From Rhodospirillaceae bacterium (GTDB lineage: Bacteria; Pseudomonadota; Alphaproteobacteria; Rhodospirillales; Rhodospirillaceae), in contig JAIEMI010000056.1 in NCBI GenBank assembly GCA_019752235.1, positions 12,865-76,864 on the forward strand: a stretch of DNA of 64,000 nucleotides, in the 5' to 3' direction. Shown here piece by piece: positions 21,980-30,866 of the stretch (positions are counted from its first letter, which is position 1; every line of letters starts with the position of its first letter). The notes beneath the pieces were generated by a model. It made no database searches. It was not told the DNA's origin and saw only the letters and a list, made by a program, of their open reading frames with translations. The position numbers were made by a program, and so were the translations under genes.

Positions 21980-24622
21980 ATGAGCACTGCGGCAACGGAT
22001 GAAATCCTAAAATGGGCGCAAGAGCGACCTGAGCCCTGGCAACAAGATGCCCTACGGCGCATCGCCGGCGGCGCTCTAAATACGCAGGACATGCAAGAGC
22101 TCTATTCCATGCTTAAGGTGGAGGTGGGGTTTCCGGCCGATGCCAAGGCTGTGGCACCCATTCCAATCAATAAAACGCATCTGGGACCCACGTCATCCGC
22201 ACCAAGTCTGCAGATCGCCTCTATTTCCAATATTAAGAACGTAAATAACCTGGCTGATACAGCCGGTCTGCCATTTGCGCCCCAAGGTCTAACCGTCATT
22301 TTTGGCTCAAACGGCAGCGGGAAGACTGGTTATATCCGGATACTAAGGAGCGCGTGCCGTACGCGGGTTACGGACCCAAAGCTGCTCAAGGTATTGGGCA
22401 ACGTTTACAAGAATTCCGCCGGTGCCCAATCCGCCGACATCAACGTCATAACGCCTGCGGGCAACCAAAGCGTAAATTGGGTGCAAGGCGGTGCGGCGTC
22501 GGAATATATGGCCCGCGCGACGGTGTTTGATAGTGCCGCAGCAGGCCTCTACGTAGACCACGGCAACCAAATCCGCTTCCTGCCTTTTGGCCTTTCGCTG
22601 CCATTCCGCCTCAACGAATTGTGCGTAGAATTTAAAGTGCGGCTGGATAAAGAGAATAAACCCTGTTTGGAAAGACAAGGCCTTTGCCAAGTGGCGTTCG
22701 CCCCGTCACCTACTAGTAGCAAAGCGAAAGCCTTCTGTCAGAGCATCACCGCGAAAACAACCGACACGGAAATTGACGCGGCGGCAAAGTGGACGGATGC
22801 GGACGAATTACGATTGAAGGCCCTGTCCAAACTTCTTGTTGGCACGAAGGCGGAGGTCACGGACAGGGAAACGCTTGTCCAATGGTTGCTGGCTGTGGAG
22901 AAGAAAGCGCAGGATCACGCGCTACATCTGAATAACGCCAACATCACCAAGTTGATAGCGCTGCAAGCGGAATACACCGCTGCGCGTTCCGCAGCAACGG
23001 CGGGCGCAGCTGCTGCGTTTGCTGGTGGGTTTCTTGCGGGAACTGGCGAGAATGTATGGCGACGGTTGTGGGAAGCTGCCCGGACTTACGCGGAAACGGA
23101 AGCCTATAAGGGACAAGAGTTCCCGCCCGTCGTCGATGGTGCCGTTAAGCCAAAATGCGTCTTGTGTCTCCAGGACCTGACGCCAGATGCATTGGGAAGA
23201 TTCAAAAAGTTTGAAGATTTTGTGAAGGGTGCCCTCACAAAATCCGCGGAAGCTGCCGCGCAGAATCTCGCGCTGGCCATAAAACTAGTAACCGATTGCG
23301 ATACCGTAGAGACAGCGGATAACAAGTCGCGGCTTGCACAGGTTACGTCGCGGGCGGCTCCTATTGCCGAAAAGATTAAAGCGCATATGGATGCACTTGA
23401 TGCTCGCAAGAACATGATCACCAAGGCGTTGGCCGCTGGCGCGGTCATTGTAGTGCCGGCGAATGATTTAGGAGCGTTCCCGGCTGCGGATGCGGCGGTA
23501 TTAGTGGCTGGATTGCAAAAGGAAATCGCGGACATACAGGCTTCCCTGGATGGACAAACAAGGGCGCCGCTAGAGGCAGAGAAAACGGAACTGCAAGACC
23601 GTAAACTTGCCGCAGAATCCATCGCAAAATTAAAGACCTTGCGTGATACCTTGCGCGAGGATGGGCTATACAAAGCGGCTCTTGCAAAAGTGCAGACGAA
23701 ATCGATTACGCAGAAAGCTGGCGAATTGGTCGACAAGCACCTGACGGCAGCCGTTAAGAGCGGCTTTGCCGCGGAACGCAAAGCACTGGATATAGACCAT
23801 CTGAAGATTGCTCTCGAACGCAAGTCTGACAAGACGGACGTCAACTACGAGACAAAGACGGGCAGTACGATCAAAAACAGTTCTGAGATATTGAGCGAAG
23901 GAGAACAACGCGCACTGGCGTTGGCCGCGTACTTTACGGAAACCGGGCTGTCCGCGGCCGATGGGCCGTTAATAATCGATGATCCGGTGTCTTCACTGGA
24001 TTATGAGCGCTCCGGCCGTGTTGCCGACAGAATTGTCGAAGCGGCAAAAGCCCGCCAAGTTATAGTGTTTACGCATGATCTCCCGTTCTTTAACAAACTT
24101 TGTGTAGCGGCGGATGTTGCGGGAATAGCGCTCCTAGCACAGCGGGTGGTCCGGAATGACAATGGCACCGGGCTGTTAGATCCATCCGGCCCCGCGTGGA
24201 AAGGGATGCCCGTAAAAAAACGCCTTAACGTGCTCATGCAAGATGCGGCGGCAGTAGGGAAGCTGCAGGCCACGGATTTAAGTAGATACGAGTATGGGGT
24301 AAAGAACGTATATGGCCGGTTGCGTGATGCCTATGAGGGTGCCATCGAAGAGGTAATTTTTTATGGTACTCTGTCGCGGTGGAGAGAGAGTGTTGAAACG
24401 AAGCGCCTGCGCTGTGTGGATGTTCCGGATGCTCTGGCGATACGGTTCCACGAGGGAATGACCAAGGCCAATACGTTTAGTCACGATAACTCCGCCGGTG
24501 GTTCTCCCGCTACCCCCAACCCGGCTGAGCTGTTGGCTGACATAAAATTTCTTCAAGATTTGATCGATGAATTTGAGAAGAACCACAAAGTGGTGGAACA
24601 GCGCCGGCCGGCGATGAAATGA
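21980..24622 (+). CDS. AAA_13-type ABC/SMC-like ATPase (RloC/PrrC-like) with a long helical insert carrying CxxC
   Basis: Walker A VIFGSNGSGKTGYIRIL; signature ILSEGEQRALALAAYF; Walker B/D-loop LIIDDPVSSLDYER; H-loop VIVFTHD. About 560 aa of helical sequence separate the head halves and contain CVLC (23156-23167). The ATG at 21980 follows a GGGGAGG RBS, so the track start at 21851 is probably spurious. Confidence 0.75.
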   Translation: MSTAATDEILKWAQERPEPWQQDALRRIAGGALNTQDMQELYSMLKVEVGFPADAKAVAPIPINKTHLGPTSSAPSLQIASISNIKNVNNLADTAGLPFAPQGLTVIFGSNGSGKTGYIRILRSACRTRVTDPKLLKVLGNVYKNSAGAQSADINVITPAGNQSVNWVQGGAASEYMARATVFDSAAAGLYVDHGNQIRFLPFGLSLPFRLNELCVEFKVRLDKENKPCLERQGLCQVAFAPSPTSSKAKAFCQSITAKTTDTEIDAAAKWTDADELRLKALSKLLVGTKAEVTDRETLVQWLLAVEKKAQDHALHLNNANITKLIALQAEYTAARSAATAGAAAAFAGGFLAGTGENVWRRLWEAARTYAETEAYKGQEFPPVVDGAVKPKCVLCLQDLTPDALGRFKKFEDFVKGALTKSAEAAAQNLALAIKLVTDCDTVETADNKSRLAQVTSRAAPIAEKIKAHMDALDARKNMITKALAAGAVIVVPANDLGAFPAADAAVLVAGLQKEIADIQASLDGQTRAPLEAEKTELQDRKLAAESIAKLKTLRDTLREDGLYKAALAKVQTKSITQKAGELVDKHLTAAVKSGFAAERKALDIDHLKIALERKSDKTDVNYETKTGSTIKNSSEILSEGEQRALALAAYFTETGLSAADGPLIIDDPVSSLDYERSGRVADRIVEAAKARQVIVFTHDLPFFNKLCVAADVAGIALLAQRVVRNDNGTGLLDPSGPAWKGMPVKKRLNVLMQDAAAVGKLQATDLSRYEYGVKNVYGRLRDAYEGAIEEVIFYGTLSRWRESVETKRLRCVDVPDALAIRFHEGMTKANTFSHDNSAGGSPATPNPAELLADIKFLQDLIDEFEKNHKVVEQRRPAMK

Positions 24623-24634
24623 CGTTGAGACGGA

Positions 24635-26281
24635 GTGCTGACTTCAATGATTGAACCATATCTTTTGCCGGGTGCCATTGTCGTTTTAGGACTGGTCATC
24701 TTATTCGCTATTCTGCTTTGGATTCGCGGACGGGCACTGAATGCCCTGGGCAGCCAAGCCACGGTGATGAGCCTGACTGAAGGCGAGGCGTCCACCCGTA
24801 TGGCGGAGCTTTCTGCTGACTTGAGCAAGCAATCGAGTCTGCTGGAGATTACGCGCGGAGAAAAAGAAAAGGCGGAACGCGAGTTGGCTGTATCCGGTGA
24901 GTTGATACGCCAGCTGCGTGAGAGCTTGTCGACCGCCGATGCGAGGCTAGCCACGCAAGCCGAGGAACAGCAAAGAGCTATTAAGAAATTTGATGATTTA
25001 CGTGAGGACAAATCTAAGGCCGATGAACGTTTGGCGGACGTTAGTGCCCGTTTGAGCGGTGAGACGGCGCGTGCGGATGACCTTAAGGTAAAGCATGATC
25101 GCAAGACGGAAGAATACGCTGTCTTAAATAAGGAATACGCGACCTTGCAGTCCCGTTACGCGGTTTTGCTAGAAACCGCCGAGCAGGCTGAGCGACACGC
25201 GGAGGAAAAACTGGCGATGCTTACGCAAGCGCGGGATGCTTTGACCAAGGAATTCAAAGTCCTCGCCGGCGACATTCTTCGCCAGGAAACGGAGCAGTTT
25301 ACTAAGCAGAATAAAGAGCAGGTTGGCGGGCTTTTGGATCCGCTTCGTCAGAAAATTGACGAATTCCAATTGAGTCTGCAGGCAGCCCACACAGATAGTG
25401 CTAAGGAGCGGGCGTCTCTGGCGCAGCAGATTCGCGGCCTAAGTGATGTCAGCCTTAAAATGACCGAGGAGACGACTAATCTAACCAAAGCTCTTAAGGG
25501 AAAATCGCAGACGCAAGGAGCCTGGGGAGAGCTTGTGCTTTCAACGATTCTGGAGAGGTCAGGTCTAAGGGCTGGTGAGGAGTACGTTGTTCAACAGAGT
25601 TTTTCCGGGGACGATGGCGCGCGTCTTCGGCCGGACGTTATTGTCAATCTGCCCAATGGTCAGCGCATAGTCATTGACGCGAAGCTCTCGCTCACATCGT
25701 TTGAAGCCTATGTAAACGCAGAGATTGAAGAAGAACGCCAAGAGCACTTGGTTCGGCATGTGGCTTCTGTGCGTGGACATATACGGACGCTAGCGAGCAA
25801 AGAGTATCAGCAAGTCACCAACAGTGGCGTTGATTACGTTATTATGTTTGTGCCCATTGGGCCGGCGCTGGAGGCCGCAATGCGGGCGGATTCGAGCATT
25901 GCAATGGCGGCTGTTGACCAAAACGTGGCGCTGGCTACTCCTGAGACACTGATGATCGCGCTAAAGACCGCAGCGCACATTTGGCAGGTGGAACGCCGCA
26001 ATCAAAACGCAGAAGCTATCGCTGACCGGGCGGGCAAGCTTTACGATAAATTCGTAGGCTTTGTTGAAGACTTTGTGGGCATAGACAAGCAGCTGACTGC
26101 TGCAAAGGGAAGTTATGATAGCGCGTTCAAAAAGCTATCAGCAGGGCCGGGTAATTTAATCAGGCAAGCAGAGCTACTCAAAGAAATGGGAGCTAAAACC
26201 GTTAAATCACTTCCGCCGGCCGCCACTGCCACACTGCAGTTGGAAGGCAGCGGCGACGTTTCACAAAGTGATGAGGCGTAA
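24635..26281 (+). CDS. rmuC: RmuC-family protein (N-terminal TM, coiled coil, RmuC restriction-endonuclease-like domain)
   Basis: GAWGELVLSTILERSGLRAGEEYVVQQSF...RPDVIVNLPNGQRIVIDAKLSL...DYVIMFVPI is the conserved RmuC core. The N-terminal TM is AIVVLGLVILFAILLWI, followed by a long charged helix. The start is the GTG at 24635 or the ATG at 24647, only 12-24 nt after the ATPase stop. Confidence 0.85.
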   Translation: MLTSMIEPYLLPGAIVVLGLVILFAILLWIRGRALNALGSQATVMSLTEGEASTRMAELSADLSKQSSLLEITRGEKEKAERELAVSGELIRQLRESLSTADARLATQAEEQQRAIKKFDDLREDKSKADERLADVSARLSGETARADDLKVKHDRKTEEYAVLNKEYATLQSRYAVLLETAEQAERHAEEKLAMLTQARDALTKEFKVLAGDILRQETEQFTKQNKEQVGGLLDPLRQKIDEFQLSLQAAHTDSAKERASLAQQIRGLSDVSLKMTEETTNLTKALKGKSQTQGAWGELVLSTILERSGLRAGEEYVVQQSFSGDDGARLRPDVIVNLPNGQRIVIDAKLSLTSFEAYVNAEIEEERQEHLVRHVASVRGHIRTLASKEYQQVTNSGVDYVIMFVPIGPALEAAMRADSSIAMAAVDQNVALATPETLMIALKTAAHIWQVERRNQNAEAIADRAGKLYDKFVGFVEDFVGIDKQLTAAKGSYDSAFKKLSAGPGNLIRQAELLKEMGAKTVKSLPPAATATLQLEGSGDVSQSDEA

Positions 26282-26333
26282 TTCCCCCCTATCTACACCA
26301 CCATTTCACTGACATTTCCAGCTGCGAGCGCAA

Positions 26334-27320
26334 ATGACCTACACGGCTCTAGAATCTAAAGATGATATCCAGCAGGCAATCGAAGATCTCGAATCAGCAG
26401 TCAAAGCCGAGGGAGAGCATATATCTGACTTTGCAGGCGGACTGTTTTGGGTTCCGCGCTACGGGTTTTGGGCAGTATTTGGCGGCACCGATACGTACTG
26501 GAATGTTTTTGGCCTTAGACGCGGAGAGCACAACAAAAATAAAATTGTTCAGATCAATCCACCGGTAAAGGGCAAAAACAAGAATCGCCAAGGTGTCGTG
26601 GCAAAGGACGCAAACGGTAGGCGATGGCTCCTGCATCAAGGCCGGCTGCATCCAAGCAAGCTGCGTGTCACCGAGGAAATGTTTGATGAAGTCAGTAACC
26701 GAGCGCGCGTCGCTGTAAAGTTCTCCACGGGCGCCGACGTCTGGTATCATAAGGTCACCAACATTGATGCTCCCCGCAGCACGACTTTAAAAGACCTAGC
26801 GTCGTTCATTACAGAGTGTGAGCGCGTACGCCTTTATTATCTCCACGACAAAGAATTTTCAGATGGCGAAACAAAGGTTCTCGAGGCCGAGCAATCTTCA
26901 AGCCCGGAAAAGACCGGCACTTATACTATTCCTCCGCAAGACGAGAAGATTATCGATAAGAAGCATGCCGCAATATGGAAAGCGCTTGTTAAGCATCTCG
27001 ATGACAAAGGCATCAAACATTCAAATGAGCGCGTCGGGCGATGGGGGCCGGACCTGCGGACGATTAATCCAAAAAATAGAATACTGTTTGAAATTAAATC
27101 CGCGGGCGGAGCATCCAGTATCCAGCAGGGTGTGGGGCAGTTGCTGATGTATGAAGATCTCCTGGAAAAATCATACAGGAAGGCAATAGTGCTTCCGCTG
27201 GAACCGCCATCTAAAATTCTCCAGGCCATGGGGTCTTTGGGCGTGAAATTGGTGACCTTCGAGAAGAGCGGACGGACATTTAAGTTCTCTAATGCATTAA
27301 GTGAACTCCTGACGAAGTGA
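26334..27320 (+). CDS. hypothetical protein with a C-terminal PD-(D/E)xK nuclease-like motif
   Basis: 328 aa. GPDLRTINPKNRILFEIKSAGGASSIQQGVGQLLMY gives a D ... E-x-K arrangement followed by QxxxQL..Y, as in restriction-endonuclease-fold proteins. The N-terminal 230 aa are unassigned. It begins 52 nt after rmuC on the same strand. Confidence 0.5.
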   Translation: MTYTALESKDDIQQAIEDLESAVKAEGEHISDFAGGLFWVPRYGFWAVFGGTDTYWNVFGLRRGEHNKNKIVQINPPVKGKNKNRQGVVAKDANGRRWLLHQGRLHPSKLRVTEEMFDEVSNRARVAVKFSTGADVWYHKVTNIDAPRSTTLKDLASFITECERVRLYYLHDKEFSDGETKVLEAEQSSSPEKTGTYTIPPQDEKIIDKKHAAIWKALVKHLDDKGIKHSNERVGRWGPDLRTINPKNRILFEIKSAGGASSIQQGVGQLLMYEDLLEKSYRKAIVLPLEPPSKILQAMGSLGVKLVTFEKSGRTFKFSNALSELLTK

Positions 27321-27321
27321 C

Positions 27322-27342
27322 GGCGCCAGGCTTTTTGGCGCC
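27322..27342 (+). terminator. weak hairpin after the last island gene
   Basis: ggcgcca-ggctttt-tggcgcc, a 7-bp stem. There is no downstream T-run, so terminator function is uncertain. Confidence 0.3.
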
Positions 27343-27732
27343 GCGTTAACACAGATGAAGAAGTAGAGATTTTGACATTAGGTGGAGTGCATTTCTACCG
27401 TCTGAGGCTGCGGAGCCTCACCGCGTAAGCTCAATAATCGAACCTGAACAGCTTACTAAGCCGTCGGACATCTGGCTTTGAGCCTCAGCCTTTGAAGGTT
27501 GCCAAACCATTTCCCGTAAAGGGTTAAATATCAATTCCTTCCTTCAAGCACTCAAATACGCCGATTATCGCTTGCGATGATAATAGCGTAAAGAGTTGCA
27601 TGGTGCGTACGCCGTAAGTGTAGATTTTGCAGAACTTTTCGCCGCCGCACTTACACTGCACTTTCGACAAATAGCCGCGCGCAGTTTCTGTTCGATAACT
27701 AATTGAGAGCAGGCTTGATTCGGTGACAGTTC

Positions 27733-27775
27733 GAACTCCTGACCAGACCGTCGGTGACGGTCGGTCCAGGAGTTC
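27733..27775. repeat. long imperfect inverted repeat (about 18 bp of pairing with two 1-nt bulges)
   Basis: gaactcctgaccagaccgtc ggtg acggtcggtccaggagttc. It lies about 115 nt downstream of the aminotransferase stop and has no U-run on either strand. Confidence 0.5.
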
Positions 27776-27888
27776 TGCGCGACAACCAGTGCAACCCGGC
27801 TCGGGCGACATAATTCAGGATATGCGACCGAGCTGGACAAGAAAATGCGAAGCAAAATGCATAAGCCATAAGAATAAAAAGGACCGAT

Positions 27889-29025
27889 TCACCTCGGTGC
27901 CGACCTTTTCTTCGATTCGAGAAATGCGCTTCCTTGCGAATCTGCAATGACGTCGGCTAGAGCCGCGACAAGCAAGTCATTTTCTTCTGTAGTGCCTATC
28001 GTAATACGCAGCGCATTCAAGGCAGGCAAGGGGCGCACAATAATGCCGTGCGACTTTAGGATCTCATCGGCCCTCTGCCATGAGCCCCTCCTATTAAACC
28101 GGCAGACCACAAAATTGCAGACGCTGTCGGTTGTATGGAGGCCGCCGTCGTTCAATATGCGCATCAAGCGTTCTCGCCAATGCCTAGTGTGGGCAACTAT
28201 CTCTTTGATTCGCGCAGGTTCGGCGAGGGCCGCACATCCTGCCGCGGCCGCGAGGCTGGAGACATTAAAGGGCGGACGCACGCGCATCATCAATTCCACG
28301 ACTTCCGGAGCGGCATAGCCCCAGCCTAGGCGCAAGGCGGCCAAGGCATAAATCTTGGAAAATGTTTTGAGCACAATGACGTTGCGATGTCCTTGCGCGA
28401 TAAATTCGAAACCATCGCTATAGGAGGGATCGTCGACATATTCGCCGTAAGCGGAATCAAGCCCCACGACAATATGAGACGGTACGGCTTTTAAAAGCGC
28501 TGCGATCTTTTGTTTATCGATGCAAGTGCCGGTCGGATTATTGGGATTGGCGATGAAGATGACTTTGGTGCGCGGTGTGATGCGGGCCAATAGAGCGTCG
28601 ACGTCAGCGGTCAGATCGGGGGCGGGTGCTTCTACCACCTGCGCACCGGCCGCACGGGTGACGATGGGGTACATGGGGAAGCTGTGTTCGGGAAAAAGTA
28701 TTTCGTCGCCAGGGCCTGCGAAGGTGCGGGCGATAAGGTCGATTAGGCTTTCGGAGCCATTGGTGCAGACGATGCCCCCTACGTCGAGCTCGAAATGATC
28801 TGCAATGGCCGTGCGCAAAGCCATCGCGGCGCTATCGGGATAGCGCCGCGCATCTCCTGCCGCTACGGCAATAGCGTCCAGCACGGCTTGACCAGGGCCG
28901 AAAGGACTTTCGTTCGACGATAGTTTAGTGGCCGCCGCGCGACCTGGGATGACGGCTTCGCCAGCTTTGTACGGCGAGATAGCGTCAACGCCAGCGCGCG
29001 GCCTTACCGCAACACCGGACGTCAT
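27889..29025 (-). CDS. HisC-family (class II) pyridoxal-phosphate aminotransferase, probably aromatic/histidinol-phosphate
   Basis: LSSNESPFGP, NPNNPTG and KTFSKIYALAALRLGWGYA (PLP lysine) are present. An ATGA overlap joins it to phhB upstream. Confidence 0.8.
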   Translation of the reverse strand: MTSGVAVRPRAGVDAISPYKAGEAVIPGRAAATKLSSNESPFGPGQAVLDAIAVAAGDARRYPDSAAMALRTAIADHFELDVGGIVCTNGSESLIDLIARTFAGPGDEILFPEHSFPMYPIVTRAAGAQVVEAPAPDLTADVDALLARITPRTKVIFIANPNNPTGTCIDKQKIAALLKAVPSHIVVGLDSAYGEYVDDPSYSDGFEFIAQGHRNVIVLKTFSKIYALAALRLGWGYAAPEVVELMMRVRPPFNVSSLAAAAGCAALAEPARIKEIVAHTRHWRERLMRILNDGGLHTTDSVCNFVVCRFNRRGSWQRADEILKSHGIIVRPLPALNALRITIGTTEENDLLVAALADVIADSQGSAFLESKKRSAPR

Positions 29026-29369
29026 GCGCCCGCCCGGGCTGCGGCAATGATCTGGTCAAGATCCGGATCAGGAAAACCGGAGAGGTCGTTCATTTCTTGC
29101 GCCATTATATAGTCCTTGTCGGTTAGGCCTCCGGTATCGTGGGTCGTCAAGCGCGCGTCAACGCGATTATAGACATTGCTCCATTCCGGGTGATGTCCCC
29201 ACCGCTCCGCGGCAATGGCCGCCCGGCGCATGAACGCGAAGGCTTGCAGAAAGTCCGGATAGATGAAGCATCGGCTGATCGATTTTCCATCGGCGGCTAC
29301 GGTCCAGCCAAAAGGAACCCGCCCGTTACCGCTATACCATGGGTTATGGTCATTCATTGCGTAAGTCAT
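29022..29369 (-). CDS. phhB: pterin-4-alpha-carbinolamine dehydratase
   Basis: ERWGHHPEWSNVYNRVDARLTTHDTGGLTDKDY is the PCD signature. It is coupled to phhA by a 4-nt overlap. Confidence 0.85.
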   Translation of the reverse strand: MTYAMNDHNPWYSGNGRVPFGWTVAADGKSISRCFIYPDFLQAFAFMRRAAIAAERWGHHPEWSNVYNRVDARLTTHDTGGLTDKDYIMAQEMNDLSGFPDPDLDQIIAAARAGA

Positions 29370-30220
29370 CGTTTCTGCTCTTGTTTTCGCTTTGCATATT
29401 CCTGGGTGCCTCGCGTCAGTACAGTATCTCCTGGCACCACCTCCTCGGGATTCAATGACGCCTTGTTGGCTAGCGCGCGGTAAATCAAGGAGAAGTCTTT
29501 GTAGGTTTCATTGAGGAGCGCTTCAAAACTGTCGATCACAAAGTAAGTTTGTTGGAAATCATCGATACGGTAATTGGTGCGCATGACCCGGCGCAGGTCG
29601 AAAATGAGTCGATTTGGTGAGTCGCTATCCAGCGCGAATTTCGATTCCGCATAAGATGACACGATGCCGGAACCAAAAATGCGCAAGCCTCCGGGTGTTT
29701 TAATCAGGCCGAATTCGACGGTGTACCAATACAGACGCGCCAGAAGATCGAGGCAGTTGAACGACAGCGACCGCATGCCGCCTTCACCATAGGCTTGCAT
29801 ATAGTCGGCGAAGATAGGGTTCGCCAGCAGCGGTACATGCCCGAAAACGTCGTGAAAGACGTCGGGCTCTTGCAGATAGTCCAGTTGCTCCGCGCCGCGG
29901 ATAAAGCGCCCCGCCGGGAACCGTCGATTGGCGAGGTGTTCGAAGAAAACGGCATCGGGCACCAAGTGGGGCACGGCTATCACAGTCCAGCCGGTCAACT
30001 TCCTCAAGGCCGCGCTAAGTTTCTCGAAATCCGGAATGCCGGTCTGGCTCAATTGCAGCGCGGATAATCCTTGCATGAATTCAGCGCAGGCCCGCCCCGG
30101 CAATAGGCGAACCTGCCGGTCGTAGAGCATGTCCCATCGCGCGTGTTCCGCAGGCGTATAAGTCTCCCATGCCTGGGGAATCGTGAAGTCGCCTTGGGTG
30201 GACGTGTGCACAGTATCCAT
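29366..30220 (-). CDS. phhA: phenylalanine 4-hydroxylase
   Basis: PDVFHDVFGHVPLL (iron His ligands) and YWYTVEFGL are present. The Met at 30220 (MDTVHTSTQ) gives a normal bacterial length and avoids overlap with maiA. The track start at 30340 is Arg/Cys-rich. Confidence 0.85.
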   Translation of the reverse strand: MDTVHTSTQGDFTIPQAWETYTPAEHARWDMLYDRQVRLLPGRACAEFMQGLSALQLSQTGIPDFEKLSAALRKLTGWTVIAVPHLVPDAVFFEHLANRRFPAGRFIRGAEQLDYLQEPDVFHDVFGHVPLLANPIFADYMQAYGEGGMRSLSFNCLDLLARLYWYTVEFGLIKTPGGLRIFGSGIVSSYAESKFALDSDSPNRLIFDLRRVMRTNYRIDDFQQTYFVIDSFEALLNETYKDFSLIYRALANKASLNPEEVVPGDTVLTRGTQEYAKRKQEQKR

Positions 30221-30233
30221 GCTGATCTCGACT

Positions 30234-30866
30234 CTAGGCTGAAGGCAGGCTTTCGGCGAAAGCGGGCAGGGCGCGCAACGCGTCATCGATCGCGACAAGG
30301 CGCGGCACCGTTGTGGTATCGCAGTCGAAACGCCGCGCATTCACCATCTGCGGTGCAAGACAAATATCGGCCAGTGTCACCGTATCGCCGAAGCAATAGG
30401 TTCCCTGCGCCCGCACGCGCGCAGTCAATTTCTCCAGCGCTTGTAATCCCTGAAGGATCCAGTGACGCGCCCAGGTCGCTACGGCGTCTTCGGATTGGGA
30501 TAAGGGCCCGCGCAGATAATTCAGGACGCGTAAGTTCTGGATGGGGTGTATGTCGGTGGCGACGCACAGCGCCATGGCGCGCACGCGGGCCCGATCAAGT
30601 GCGGTGTGCGGTAATAACGGCGGATCGGTTTTGATTTCGTCCAAATATTCGATAATCGCCAGCGACTGGGTAAGAGGTGCGCCGTCGATGTCCAACGCCG
30701 GCACAAGTTCCTGCGGGTTGACGTTTTTATAGGCAGCACTGTGGTGCTGACCGCCATCTTCCAGGAGATGAATCGGTGCCGACGTATAGGGTAGATCTTT
30801 TAACGCGAGCGCAATGCGCACGCGCGTCGCGGCCGAGGAGCGCGCGTAATCAAACAGCTTCAGCAT
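30234..30866 (-). CDS. maiA: maleylacetoacetate isomerase (zeta-class GST)
   Basis: MLKLFDYARSSAATRVRIALALKDLPY...NPQELVPAL contains the zeta GST SSxxxRVRIAL motif. The start is taken at 30866. Confidence 0.8.
   Translation of the reverse strand: MLKLFDYARSSAATRVRIALALKDLPYTSAPIHLLEDGGQHHSAAYKNVNPQELVPALDIDGAPLTQSLAIIEYLDEIKTDPPLLPHTALDRARVRAMALCVATDIHPIQNLRVLNYLRGPLSQSEDAVATWARHWILQGLQALEKLTARVRAQGTYCFGDTVTLADICLAPQMVNARRFDCDTTTVPRLVAIDDALRALPAFAESLPSA

Larger units (their letters stand above)
5382..27888. mobile_element. integrative genomic island (tRNA-Pro-associated) carrying defence cargo; right end not precisely defined
   Basis: The left edge is the tRNA-Pro 3' half next to a tyrosine integrase and an excisionase-like gene. 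A second integrase follows. Intergenic DNA is visibly A/T-richer (for example 6900-7360 and 21590-21980), and the cargo is defence-type or orphan genes. Housekeeping catabolic genes resume at 27889. GC was not computed and no second att copy was found by eye. Confidence 0.6.

Noticed and set aside
23104-25104. Minus-strand ORFs of 246 aa and 183 aa inside the ATPase and RmuC genes
   Set aside because: These are Ser/Ala/Arg-rich antisense shadows of the coiled-coil coding regions, and there is no independent support for them.
27711-27790. GTTCGAAC-containing segment that at first looked like a tRNA T-arm
   Set aside because: The flanks of the TTCGAAC loop are not complementary and no cloverleaf can be drawn. 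The segment is better explained as one arm of the long hairpin at 27733-27775.
27524-27855. 95-96 aa minus-strand ORFs in the island's right junction (one ends ...CKCGGEKFCKIYTYGVRTMQLFTLLSSQAIIGVFECLKEGIDI)
   Set aside because: They have no start context and no recognisable family. The region is dominated by inverted repeats. A gene remnant is possible but cannot be supported.
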